A stretch of 64,000 nt of DNA from Octopus bimaculoides (Eukaryota), in contig NC_068985.1 of assembly GCF_001194135.2 (NCBI RefSeq), positions 2,270,320 through 2,334,319 on the forward strand, given 5' to 3'. The position numbers and the translations under genes were made by a program. The notes under the pieces were generated by a model. That model saw only the letters and a program-made list of their open reading frames with translations, did not search any database and had not been told where the DNA came from. Below are positions 1-11,490 of the stretch, one piece after another; position 1 is the stretch's first letter; the number at the start of each line of letters is the position of its first letter.

Positions 1-53
<53 letters not shown>
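1..53. repeat. (AT)n microsatellite
   Basis: Perfect AT dinucleotide run at the window start; one of dozens of AT/AC/AG/GATA/CAT microsatellites in the window. Confidence 0.95.
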
Positions 54-58
<5 letters not shown>

Positions 59-61
<3 letters not shown>

Positions 62-440
62 AGTTACAGAATGGAGTAGATAAGATCTGGGCTACGTATG
101 CTTCATACTGATTGGAACCTCGGAAGTGGTAAATTTCAAAGCAAGGTGTGTACCGCAGGCTACTCTTCAGGCCAAGGATATCTTGTTTAAATGAAAGTTT
201 ACATTGTCACAAAGAAGTACATGTTAACACATGTAAGATTCAATCAGAATTCTAATTGAATGTTCCATGCATCAACATGTACCTCCTTGTGACAATGTAA
301 CTTTTAATTTAATCAAGATACCCTTAGCCTGAAGAGTGACCTGGGGTATACACCTCTCTTGGATATTTACCACTTCCGAGGTTCCATTCGCTATGAAACA
401 TATGTAGTCCAGATCTTATCTACACCATTCTGTAGCTCTT
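59..440. mobile_element. Fold-back (inverted-repeat) element with degenerate hammerhead-like motifs, probably Penelope-derived and non-autonomous
   Basis: 59-225 is the imperfect reverse complement of 274-440 (AAGAGTTACAGAATGGAGTAGATAAGATCTGG... versus ...CCAGATCTTATCTACACCATTCTGTAGCTCTT), with a spacer of about 50 nt. Arms contain CTGAAGA...GAAA-ACATATGT-A. Confidence 0.8.
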
Positions 441-542
441 GTATCCTTATTCGCACACCTGGAAACCCTGGTCACCTACCATGAAATATAATGAACATTT
501 TTCAATTTATCGTACTTCGATAAGAAAAATATAAATTGATAA

Positions 543-595
<53 letters not shown>

Positions 596-615
596 GGGAT
601 GGATGGATGGATGGA

Positions 616-647
<32 letters not shown>

Positions 648-658
648 TAGATCATGTA

Positions 659-890
659 CAGTAATCCCTAGACTATTGGGGGTGTTACATTCAGAAACCC
701 CCTGTGATATACGTGAAAATTCACAAAGTAGAATCAGTACTGTATATATTTTTTTATAATTTTATAATTTGTATATATTTATTTGATTATAAATGCAAAA
801 CAACACCATGGAGGAATCGATGTAAGCTTAAATAATAAACCGTGGTAGGTGAAGCGTGATAGATGAACCACAATGTGGGGAGGGATTACT
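659..890 (+). mobile_element. Tc1/mariner (pogo/Tigger-like) MITE
   Basis: TA|CAGTAATCCCT ... AGGGATTACTA|TA terminal inverted repeats flanked by TA. A homologous inverted copy lies at about 39550-40033. Confidence 0.75.
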
Positions 891-928
891 ATAACAGCAT
901 TTTATGGTCTGATCAAGACTGTAAGACT

Positions 929-1020
<92 letters not shown>

Positions 1021-1260
1021 CACCATCATCATCATTATCATCATCAACATTTAACATCTGTTTTCCATTCTGGCATGGGTCAGAATGCTTGACAGAGAAC
1101 GGCAAGGCTGGGAGCTGCATCAGGCCCCATTGTCTGTTGTGGCATGGTTTCTACAGCTGGATGCCCTTCCTAACACCAACCGCTTTATGGAGTGTACTGA
1201 GTGCTCTTAATGTGATACCTTGGTTTTAGGATTGCAATTCTGTTGTGGTGGTCAGGTCTT
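1021..1260 (-). mobile_element. RTE-LINE 3' tail / RTE-related short element
   Basis: (CAT)n followed by TTTAACATCTGTTTTCCATTCTGGCATGGG...CTACAGCTGGATGCCCTTCCTAAC; same family as the tail attached to the RTE ORF at 43460-43780. Confidence 0.7.
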
Positions 1261-1580
1261 CTGGAGTACAGCAATGCATTAACAACTGTACTTCAAGAAA
1301 GGACAAACATTACCAACACCTGTCAAGTTAACAAGGGTGAGATGAATTACTGAACCTGCTAGAAATAGTAGCAAATTCACCTCCAAATTACATTCTTTCT
1401 TCAAAGGGATAGGACACATTGCATAATGTAGTTTCCAGTATGCAATGCCCAAGCAAAAGATGTGATGGCCATGGTAGGAACTCTTTTATGACAAATCAAC
1501 AACAACAACAAAAGGTTGAGACAATAAATGGAAAGATGTAGTTTGGTGCTGTAGGGGTGGTGAGTTGGTAGTGGTATGAG

Positions 1581-1610
1581 TTGGTGGTGGTGGTGGTGGT
1601 GGTGGTGGTG

Positions 1611-1641
<31 letters not shown>

Positions 1642-1870
1642 TCATTAATTGTGTAAATGATGTCAGTGTAGTACTAATGGTATTGGTGGTGGTGGTTGTG
1701 GTGGTGGTGGTTGTGGTGGTGGTGGTGGTGGTGTCAGTGGTTGTGATAATTGTGTCAGAGTTGCTGCTCATGATGGTACATGTGATGGTGGTAGTGGTGG
1801 TGGTGATCATAGTAGTAGTAGTTGCGTATCATGGTGATGGTAGTGGTGGTGGTGGTGGTGGTGGTTCTGT
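1581..1870. repeat. Compound (GTG)/(GTC)/(GTA) trinucleotide microsatellite
   Basis: Visible low-complexity trinucleotide tract; source of the poly-V and poly-T pseudo-ORFs. Confidence 0.9.
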
Positions 1871-2041
1871 CATTTTCCTATGTGATTGTGATGACTGTAG
1901 TTGGTGAGTGGGTGGGGTAGATGAACAACACCATTGCTCTTGTTTAACCCTAGGTCGGCTGATCCAGCAGACCAATAACAATCAAAGACATAGACTTTGA
2001 CCAATCAGTGTTTGTATCTCCAGGATTATTGTTCCCTAATG

Positions 2042-2185
2042 CAGGGGTTCTCAACCAATTTTCCCCTAAGGACTCCTTCGACTCCTATTTTAGCCAGATG
2101 GACCCCAATAGCAATTCGGGGTTTTTTAAAAATCCTTTTATATTTTGATAATTAAACATTATTAGAAATTCTTTTATTCGTTTAT
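2042..2185 (+). mobile_element. hAT-type MITE end (fragment)
   Basis: Begins CAGGGGTTCTCAACC, a typical hAT/Charlie-like terminus; truncated by a SINE, and no partner TIR was found nearby. Confidence 0.45.
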
Positions 2186-2383
2186 TCGTTTCAGTCATCT
2201 GATTGTGGCCATGCTGGAGCACCACCTTAGGGGGTTTTAGTCGAACAAATCAACCCCAGGACTTCTTTGTAAGCCTAGTACTTATTCTATCACTCTACTT
2301 CGCCACACCGCTAAGTTATGGGGACATAAACACTAACATCGGTTGTCAAGTGATGGTAGGGGGACAAACACAGACACACAAAC

Positions 2384-2424
<41 letters not shown>

Positions 2425-3399
2425 NNNNNNNNNNNNNNNNNNNNNNNNNNNNNNNNNNNNNNNNNNNNNNNNNNNNNNNNNNNNNNNNNNNNNNNNNNNN
2501 NNNNNNNNNNNNNNNNNNNNNNNNNNNNNNNNNNNNNNNNNNNNNNNNNNNNNNNNNNNNNNNNNNNNNNNNNNNNNNNNNNNNNNNNNNNNNNNNNNNN
2601 NNNNNNNNNNNNNNNNNNNNNNNNNNNNNNNNNNNNNNNNNNNNNNNNNNNNNNNNNNNNNNNNNNNNNNNNNNNNNNNNNNNNNNNNNNNNNNNNNNNN
2701 NNNNNNNNNNNNNNNNNNNNNNNNNNNNNNNNNNNNNNNNNNNNNNNNNNNNNNNNNNNNNNNNNNNNNNNNNNNNNNNNNNNNNNNNNNNNNNNNNNNN
2801 NNNNNNNNNNNNNNNNNNNNNNNNNNNNNNNNNNNNNNNNNNNNNNNNNNNNNNNNNNNNNNNNNNNNNNNNNNNNNNNNNNNNNNNNNNNNNNNNNNNN
2901 NNNNNNNNNNNNNNNNNNNNNNNNNNNNNNNNNNNNNNNNNNNNNNNNNNNNNNNNNNNNNNNNNNNNNNNNNNNNNNNNNNNNNNNNNNNNNNNNNNNN
3001 NNNNNNNNNNNNNNNNNNNNNNNNNNNNNNNNNNNNNNNNNNNNNNNNNNNNNNNNNNNNNNNNNNNNNNNNNNNNNNNNNNNNNNNNNNNNNNNNNNNN
3101 NNNNNNNNNNNNNNNNNNNNNNNNNNNNNNNNNNNNNNNNNNNNNNNNNNNNNNNNNNNNNNNNNNNNNNNNNNNNNNNNNNNNNNNNNNNNNNNNNNNN
3201 NNNNNNNNNNNNNNNNNNNNNNNNNNNNNNNNNNNNNNNNNNNNNNNNNNNNNNNNNNNNNNNNNNNNNNNNNNNNNNNNNNNNNNNNNNNNNNNNNNNN
3301 NNNNNNNNNNNNNNNNNNNNNNNNNNNNNNNNNNNNNNNNNNNNNNNNNNNNNNNNNNNNNNNNNNNNNNNNNNNNNNNNNNNNNNNNNNNNNNNNNNN
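2425..3399. other. Assembly gap (N-run)
   Basis: N-run flanked by (AT)n and (GTA)n. Other gaps: 29497-29954, 32115-32521, 40597-40704, 42224-42268, 47351-47360, 57543-57979, 58600-58819. Confidence 0.99.
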
Positions 3400-3443
<44 letters not shown>

Positions 3444-3803
3444 ATGCAGCAGCAAAGGTAGTGTTGGCAGCCCTGCTGATGCCAGCCAAATTGTTTGATA
3501 TTAGAAACAGCAGCAGCTTAAGTAACCAAGATGGTGTGGTAGTATAGGATAGTAGCAGTTTACATGGTGGTGGCAGCAATGAGTAGTGGTGGTGGTAGTA
3601 GTAGTAGTTGTAGTAGCAGCAGCAGCAGCAATAGTAATAGTAGTAGTAGTAGTAGTAGTAGTAGTAATAGTAGTAGTAGTAATAGTAGTTGTAGTAGTAG
3701 TGGGAGGAGAAGGAGGAGGGAAGCGGCGGCAGTAGTAGTACTAGTGGCAGTTGTAGTAGTAGTAGCAGCAGTAGTAGTAGTAGTGGTAGTAGTACTAGTG
3801 GCG

Positions 3804-3858
<55 letters not shown>

Positions 3859-3904
3859 TAGTGGTGGTGGTGGTGGTGGTGGTGATGGTGGTAGTAGCAG
3901 CTGC

Positions 3905-3944
<40 letters not shown>

Positions 3945-4040
3945 ACAGTGGTGGTGAAGGTGATGTCGAAAGAGACAGTGATGATGATGATGATGATGAA
4001 CATCGACGGTGGTAGTAGTGGTGGTGGCGGTGGTGGTGGT
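3400..4040. repeat. Compound (GTA)/(GCA)/(GTG)/(GAT) trinucleotide tract
   Basis: Low-complexity trinucleotide mosaic. Confidence 0.9.
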
Positions 4041-5117
4041 GTCTGCTGTCTGAAGAGTTGTCTAAATATTTACCATATCAGTCCTGCTGCTTTTATATTC
4101 TCTTTTAAGACATTTGTTGTCGGGTTTTGTTAGTTTGTGATATGAGAGAGAGTGGTTGGCCAACAATAAATAGACGGATGGACATCGGGAGATAAAGACA
4201 GGCAGAGACGGAGGAGAGCGGGAGAAGAGAAGGAAATCTACACAATCAGACAGAGAGACAAACAGACAGACAAACAAAGCTGTACATTTATTGTACATAC
4301 ATACATACATGTGTGTGTGTTAGTGTGTGTTTATGCGCATATATATATGCGTGTGTGTGTGTGTGTGTGTGTGTGTGCAAAATAAACATATAATAGTGTT
4401 TGTATATCTCTTTATCTAGCTCTCTCATTGTGTAGGTTACACACACATACATACATATATACACATACATACACATACATACACTCACTTGCACACAATC
4501 ACACAGATACACACACATACATGCACACATGCACACACATGTACATAGACGCACACATATATATACATACACATATATGTGTATGTATGTATATATATGC
4601 ATATATATTTATGTATACATATATGTACATACACACACACATACACCCACACACACATACATCCACACACACACACACACACATACACGCACACACACAC
4701 ATATATTTAGATATATATGTATATAATGAAAATACTTTCCAAATACATCACTGATGCATTTCATCACAAAGTCAATGGAAGACACTAAATAGACCTAATG
4801 TGAGTGTAGAACAATTACACACACAGACACACACACCACACACACACAGACACACACACCACACACACACAGACACACACACCACACACACACACACCAC
4901 ACACACACACACCGCTGATGGGGTAGTTTTCATGACATAAATCAAGATATTATGGTACAAACATCAAGACATTTAAAGTGTAGAGTGAAGAAATATTTCA
5001 AGAAAAGCAGCTGTAGCTTGTGCTTAACATCCGAATACAGATGGTAGGCAAAACGCATGATGAAAATTTATATACATACATGCATATATGTATGTATATA
5101 TATATATATATATATAT

Positions 5118-5340
5118 CATCATCATCATCATCATCATCATCGTTTAACATCCGCTTTCCATGCTAGCATGGGTTGGACGATTTGACTGAGGACTGGTGA
5201 AACCAGATGGCTACACTAGGCTCCAATCTGATTTGGCAGAGTTTCTACAGCTGGATGCCCTTCCTAACGCCAACCACTCCGAGAGTGTAGTGGGTGCTTT
5301 TACGTGCCACCAGCATGAAGGCCAGTCAGACGGTACTAGC
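5118..5340 (-). mobile_element. RTE 3'-tail element (young copy)
   Basis: (CAT)n-CGTTTAACATCCGCTTTCCATGCTAGCATGGGTTGGACG...GCCAACCACTCCGAGAGTGTAGTGGGTGC. Confidence 0.8.
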
Positions 5341-5369
5341 GTATGCATGTATGTATGTATGTATGTATA

Positions 5370-5720
5370 CCACCGCCGCCTTCCTGGTACTTGTGCCGGT
5401 GGTACGTGAAAAGACATTTGAGCGAGGTCATTGCCAGTGCCGCTTGACTGGCTCCTGTGCAGTTGGCACATAAAATACACCATTTTGAGCGTGGCCGTTG
5501 CCAGTATCGTGTGACTGGCCTTCATGCCAGTGGCACATAAAAGCACCCACTACACTCACAGAGTGGTTGGTGTTAGGAAGGGCATCCAGCTGTAGAAACT
5601 CTGCCAAATCAGATTGGAGCCTGGTGTAGCCATCTGGTTCACCAGTCCTCAGTCAAATCGTCCAACCCATGCTAGCATGGAAAGCGGACGTTAAACAATG
5701 ATGATGATGATGGTGATGAT
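5370..5720 (+). mobile_element. RTE 3'-tail element (young copy), inverted relative to 5118-5340
   Basis: GGCACATAAAA modules, then GTGGTTGGTGTTAGGAAGGGCATCCAGCTGTAG...GGAAAGCGGACGTTAAAC-(GAT)n. Confidence 0.8.
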
Positions 5721-6204
5721 TATGTATGTATGTATAAGCAAAATAAGACAAGGTAGAAAATGCTAAAATAGTTTTATCATGAAGAACATATTAGAACCGG
5801 TTTCAGTCTTTTTGACTTTTTCAACTTAGAGTAAAGCATGAAAGCCAAATTGTAGAAAACTGAAATGAAATGTTTTTTTTAAATATTTCCATAGTTTTCA
5901 AATGCCAGGGACATTTTCTTTTTTTCTGTCTGTCTCTGTCTCTCTTTTATTCATGTGAGATCTTGGTAGCAGGTAGTAGTTGTCCTAATATGAGTTTTTA
6001 GTTTTATATATATAAAATTAATACAAACAGCAGGATGCAATGTTTCACCAAAAGGAGAATTATAATTGTGACTAGGGTGTTAAGAAACACCTACAATGCT
6101 AGAAATAAGAGCTAAAATACTCTAATGCTGTAGTTAACACACATGAATAAAAACATATACACTAACAGGGACCATAATTGTCCGAATAATGCCAACCGGG
6201 AATT

Positions 6205-6254
6205 CTTAAGACTGACGTCAGTTTCAGCAATTTCCGTTGCCATCATCAGTTAAG
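6205..6254 (-). ncRNA. Type I hammerhead ribozyme (one extra nt after CUGAUGA)
   Basis: Minus strand reads CUUAA-CUGAUGA-U-GGCAA-cggaaa-UUGCU-GAAA-CUGACGUCAG-UC-UUAAG. Stem I CUUAA/UUAAG, stem II GGCAA/UUGCU, palindromic stem III ACUGACGUCAGU, GUC cleavage triplet. Confidence 0.8.
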
Positions 6255-6379
6255 CCCACTTTTTATGTTAATTTTGTGTATACACATTAGTGAATCACTA
6301 AATCATCCATTTATTTGTATGATGGAAACATAAACCCTAATAGAGAAACAGGTCCGGAAAAAGCTGAACACCAAGCAGG

Positions 6380-6428
6380 CTTAACTGATGAGGTAACGGA
6401 AATTGCTGAAACTGATGTCAGTCTTAAG
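6380..6428 (+). ncRNA. Type I hammerhead ribozyme (canonical core)
   Basis: CUUAA-CUGAUGA-GGUAA-cggaaa-UUGCU-GAAA-CUG-augu-CAG-UC-UUAAG; all conserved core nucleotides are present and all three stems pair. Confidence 0.85.
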
Positions 6429-6597
6429 AATTATTGATCAGCATTTTTTGGACAATTATGGTCCTTGTTAGTGCTTATGTTTTCATTCATGTGTCTTAAC
6501 TACAGCATTAGAGCATTTTAGCCCTTATTTCTAGCAATGTAAGTGTTTTTTAACACCCTAGTCACATTTGGTGACAATTATATATATATATCAATTA

Positions 6598-6860
6598 TAA
6601 TGCAAGAAGATGAAATGAACAGGCTTAAATCAAAATCACGACAATTGTTTCAGTGAATTATTATTAGCTGTTAGTTGCTGAGTGTTTCACATATACATAT
6701 TATTACATAAATATTATATAAATATGATCCAACAATGGCTGTGCACTGGTACATCATCAGGTGAGTGGATCTGAGAGTAGTCCTCAACAGCTGTTTCTAA
6801 TGCACAGAATCAATTGTTGTGATTTGGACTAAACCCAGTTCATTTGATCTTCTTATATTA
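6598..6860. repeat. Degenerate inverted-repeat element
   Basis: 6598-6672 (TAATGCAAGAAGATGAAATGAAC...AGCTGTT) is the imperfect reverse complement of 6786-6860. Confidence 0.7.
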
Positions 6861-7168
6861 TAAATTAGTCTTGTATGAATTCTGCATACACTAATGTATT
6901 TCCACATGTATATCCAGTATATTCCTGCTGTATTATAGCATATGGTAGCCAATAAATGTAGAAGAGCTTTGAAAAGTATGTTATAAGGTTATTATCCAGA
7001 TAATATTAAATGTGTGTGTGTATGTGTGTGTGCGTGTTTACATACATATGAGTTCCTAGCTTTGGGTAAAAGAAAATACAGAGAACTCAGATTCACCAGG
7101 CCTTTCATGATACCCTTAAATCCAGGAACATTTCAGTATCCCCTCACACACACACACACAAACATATC

Positions 7169-7203
<35 letters not shown>

Positions 7204-8238
7204 TATACATAGTCTTGCAAGTCATCCATGGGGCTAAGCCCTTTATAGATGTGAGACCAATGGTCACTCTATGACTGGACAAATACTTAACTGTATGTAA
7301 ATATACATACATACATTCGCACATACACACATAAACATATATAAACAGACATGCATGCATACATGTGTACGTATGTACATACATACATATGTACATACAT
7401 ATATACATACATGCATAAATACAAACATATATGAAATAGAAACAAAATGCACAGAAATTAATCAAGAAGTCCAAATCCAAACAAACTGCATATATATTTC
7501 TAACCTTGGATGTAGGTAGATTTATTTCTGTGTGATAGAAGCATATCAAATGACACATTCATCAGCAGGAAATCACTAATGAGAAATTTTCTATGGTTAA
7601 ATTGATTTATATATATGTGACTGACATAAATTGGAAAATATGATATGGCAAACAAATTGTCAGTAAACATCAGACCAATAATAATTTGGAGGGTAGGAAT
7701 TATGTACCCCACTTTTAAACAAAATTCTAAATTACAAATGAGTAAATATTCATCAAATATATTGATACAACATTTCAAGACAACGTCCATGATGTACCTT
7801 CATTGGACCTAATGAAAGGCTAGAGAAATGATATTGTTTGTATATTAAGGGAATGCATGATTGTTTGTGACTTTTGTGAGTGATATGACCAATTAGACAT
7901 CCACAATCACGTGATAGTGAAGAGAGACTTATACACACACATTCATCCATTTGTTTTCTTTGGATGTATCTATCAACGTACATCGATATGATTATTGCCC
8001 CCCCTCCCCACCTTTTTTTTTCATTCGTGAGTTGGGTTCCCTTGCAGCCTTAGCAGTGCTGCAATGTATGGAACTGGAAATGTCTTGCATCTCATGGTGA
8101 ATGGGCTCTCAGTGAAGAATTCAAGTTCAACAGAAAGAAATCCTACATTTCCCAGGGAAAGAAGGGAATCATCGGCAAGCATCGGGGCAAGAACAGGAAG
8201 GAAAGGAAGAGCAGAGAAGACAATGCAGAGTAGTGCCT

Positions 8239-8276
<38 letters not shown>

Positions 8277-8994
8277 TGTGTGTGTCTGTGTGTCTGTCTG
8301 TGTGTCTGATGTAAACACAAGGAACAGAAATAAATCAAGTTGTATACATCAGACTAAAATACATTCGTTTCTAATTTCTAAGTCTGGACAGAGATATGTC
8401 TCAGTGAGATGGTCGCATATAAATTAATACATTCATTTGCTTCATCAACAGGAAATCACTAAAGAGAAATTTGCTACAAGAAAATTGATTTATATACACA
8501 GTGGGGTGTGGGGGGGGGGCTGATGCTGACGTAAATCAGAACACACGGATGGCAAAGAAATGTATTTTATTTTCATATGTTCATCTTGATTTACTTTTTC
8601 TCTCATCTCATTTACACTACATGTTTCTCTGCGTGTTGATATATCTATATATGTGTGTGTGTGTGTGTGTGTGCCTGTGTGTGTGTATACATATATGGTG
8701 GTTGTCTACTCCTTAAACAGAGTTTGACCACCTCCTGCACCTACACCTTAGCCCTTTCATGGCGTCTGATGTGGCTTTTTAAACCAGACAGTGTTTTGAA
8801 AAAACACCCACACAGATTGCACCTCTGATTTGCACTACCAATACCTGCAAGTAAGTTCTGCTCATTGTGGATCCTAACATGTCTTTTAAGACCCCCATTG
8901 GATTTTCAAACCCTCTGGCACACACCACATTCAAACGTGTGCACAGACATATAATCAGAATAGCTGATTATATGTATATATATATATATATCCA

Positions 8995-9129
8995 TGGCTG
9001 TGTGGTAAGAAGCTTGCTTCCCAACCACATGGGTCTGTATTCAGTCCCACTGTGTGGCACCTTGTGCCGACCAAAGTCTTGTGAGTGGATTTGGTAGATG
9101 GAAACTGAAAGAAGCCCATCGTATATATG

Positions 9130-9160
<31 letters not shown>

Positions 9161-9400
9161 TTAGATATGTGTGTGTGTGTTTCTGTCTGTATTTGTCTGA
9201 GCCACCATTTGACAAGTGTTGGTGCGTTTACATCCTCATAACTTAGCAGTTCAGCAAAAGAGAATGATAATGTAAGTACCAGGCTTAAAAGAGAAAAAAA
9301 ATGAGTACTAGAGTCGATTCGTTTGACTAAAAGTTTGTTGAGGCAGTGCTCCAGCATGGCCACAGTCAGCCTAATTACTATAACAAAGATAAAAGATATA
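8995..9400 (+). mobile_element. tRNA-derived SINE family A (near full length)
   Basis: tRNA-like head GTGGTAAGAAGCTTGCTTCCCAACCACATGG...TTCAGTCCCACTG, internal microsatellite and 3' GTGCTCCAGCATGGCCACAGTC. Other copies or fragments: 2185-2390(-), 9680-10010(+), 14105-14180(-), 16880-17060, 32755-32900(-), 33335-33950(+, split), 41040-41250(-), 53390-53745(-). Confidence 0.75.
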
Positions 9401-9561
9401 TAAATATATAGAAATATATATAAAAGATATATATATATATATATATATGGATCAAAACAGTTTGATTCAAATTCATTGGTACTCTTGTGTTTCAAGTGTG
9501 ATGCTAGTCATCAGCCATTTTGAATTGGTTGAATGCTCTTCTTTTGTTTGTCCACTCACTC

Positions 9562-9595
<34 letters not shown>

Positions 9596-10079
9596 AGAGA
9601 GAGACAGACAGACAGATAGACACAGACAGACATGGTGGAAAGGGGAGAGAGAGATACTGACATATGTGTAAAAGCAGGCATGACTGTGAGGTTAAGAAGT
9701 TCACTTGACAATCACCTGATTTCTTTGGTTACCATAGGCAAATGTTCTGAGTTGACAGAAACTGTGCTGAAGCCTGTTGCTTGTGCTTGTGTGCACGTGC
9801 CTGTGTTTGACTCTCACCCACTTGACAACAGCTGTAGGTTTGTTTACATCCCCACAACTTAAAGGTTCGGTGAAAGAGAGACATATAAAGAAATATCAGA
9901 CTTAACATTCGTACCTGAATTGATTTGATTGACCAGAAAACTCTTCAAGGTGATGCTCCAGTAAGGCCGCAGTTTAATGAATGAAACAAATAAAACAATA
10001 AAAGAATACATTTATCCAACAGTTTGTCAATATTATTTATATGTGATAATAACAACTGAGGTTTGCTTCTCTTGATAAT

Positions 10080-10420
10080 TACATGACTGGTTTAACCTTC
10101 AGTCATCTTATTCAACACATCGTTAACTTACAACATCAATGTCTTTTGACTCCACTTCTTTCACACTTCTATAAATATTATTTTCTTAAGCTATCATCAA
10201 TTTTTATTCCACATCCAGCAGAGCATTTTCAATCTATTTCTCTCCAAATTTTGCTCATCTTCTGCATCTAATGCCCATGTCTCACACATTCAACAAAACA
10301 TGTATCTTTCATTCAAAGAGAGAATCTTTTCGATGCTCACAGAAGTAATGGCTCCCTGAATGTTTTCCATCTTGTTCTTATTCTGGCTAATATACTTTCA
10401 GAACATTCTCTTTTAATGCT
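10080..10420 (-). pseudogene. RTE-clade LINE fragment (post-RT region), decayed
   Basis: Minus-strand translation CETWALDAEDEQNLERNRLKMLCWMWN matches the RTE motif SETW-x-ERNE-x-MLRWMCN also seen at 43140 and 62600. Confidence 0.55.
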
Positions 10421-10984
10421 AAGTATGTAGTCTATGGAGCCAATCAAGCACTGAAGTTAATCTGTTAATTCCAAGGTTAACTTTGCCTTTCATCCTTTTG
10501 GGGGTCAATAAATTAAGTACCAGTTGCATACTGGGTCGATCTAATCGACTGGCTCCCCTCCCCGCAAAATTTTGAACCTTGTGCCTAGAGTAGAAAAGAA
10601 TGTAATTGACTCACCCTCACCCCCCCAAAAAATTGCTGGTCTTGTGCCAAAAATTGAAGCCAATATTTCTCTGACTTTTAACTACTCCCCTGCATATCTC
10701 CATATATACAATTTTTTATTCCCCGTCTGCTGCCTGTGCCCCTCTTATGTCTCCATATTTCACACTAGATACACCATATTGAGTTCTACTTAGATCTTTT
10801 CTGCATATCATTTATGGTAGCAGAGTCCTTGCCTTCACGCAAAAATTTTAATCTCCACCAAGTTTATTTTGATGCTTCTTGCATCCAGCTTTTATTCCCA
10901 CATCAAGAATTTCTCACTTAAATTTCCTACACACCTTGTTCTAAAAATACATCGAACCGGAACTCTGTCAGCTACTATGACAAG

Positions 10985-11490
10985 TATTCCGGTTGGTCCA
11001 GTCAACGGAACAGCCTGCTCATAAAATGTGCAAGTGGTAGAACACTTCCAAAAACACATGTACCATTAACCCATTAAGTGCCACTGACCTATAAATAGGA
11101 CATTAAATGAGAATATTAAATAAGCTATATCACATTGTCTCAGTGTCCTATTTATAGGACACCAAGTATTTCCATTTCTACTTGAAATAAAGTAGTTTTA
11201 ATAATTTTATTTTTTCATTTTAACTTATTTTCAATCATCTGTAAAAATTTAAAAGTAATATTCAGAAATTTAAATACTCTGGGACTTAATGGGTTAATGC
11301 CATTCTCAAGGATGTTCAGTGTGATACAGAATGTGACAAGACTGGCCCTACAGGTACAACACATTTTAGCCAGCTGAGTGGACTGGAATAATGCAAACTA
11401 AAGTGTTTTGCTCAAGGTCAGAACAATCCACCAGAAATCAAACTCCTAACCTTAGAGTCATTAGTCATTCTATGGCCGACCACTTAGCCA
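10985..11490 (-). mobile_element. tRNA-derived SINE family C, interrupted by a MITE
   Basis: Reverse complement of the copy at 44462-44775 (shared CAGCTGAGTGGACTG, GTGCAAGTGG and TTGCTCAAGG segments). Confidence 0.7.
11070..11293. mobile_element. piggyBac-type MITE
   Basis: TTAA|CCCATTAAGTGCCA ... TGGGACTTAATGGG|TTAA: CCC/GGG termini, about 14-bp TIR and a TTAA target duplication. Confidence 0.8.

Larger units (their letters stand above)
6067..6566. mobile_element. Fold-back element with a hammerhead ribozyme in each arm
   Basis: 6067-6256 is the imperfect reverse complement of 6378-6566 (about 190-bp arms, 121-bp spacer). Confidence 0.85.

Noticed and set aside
8785-8860. Possible exon ending at CAA|GTAAGT
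   Set aside because: There is a good donor, but the open frame (CFEKTPTQIAPLICTTNTC) resembles nothing I recognise and no neighbouring exons were found.
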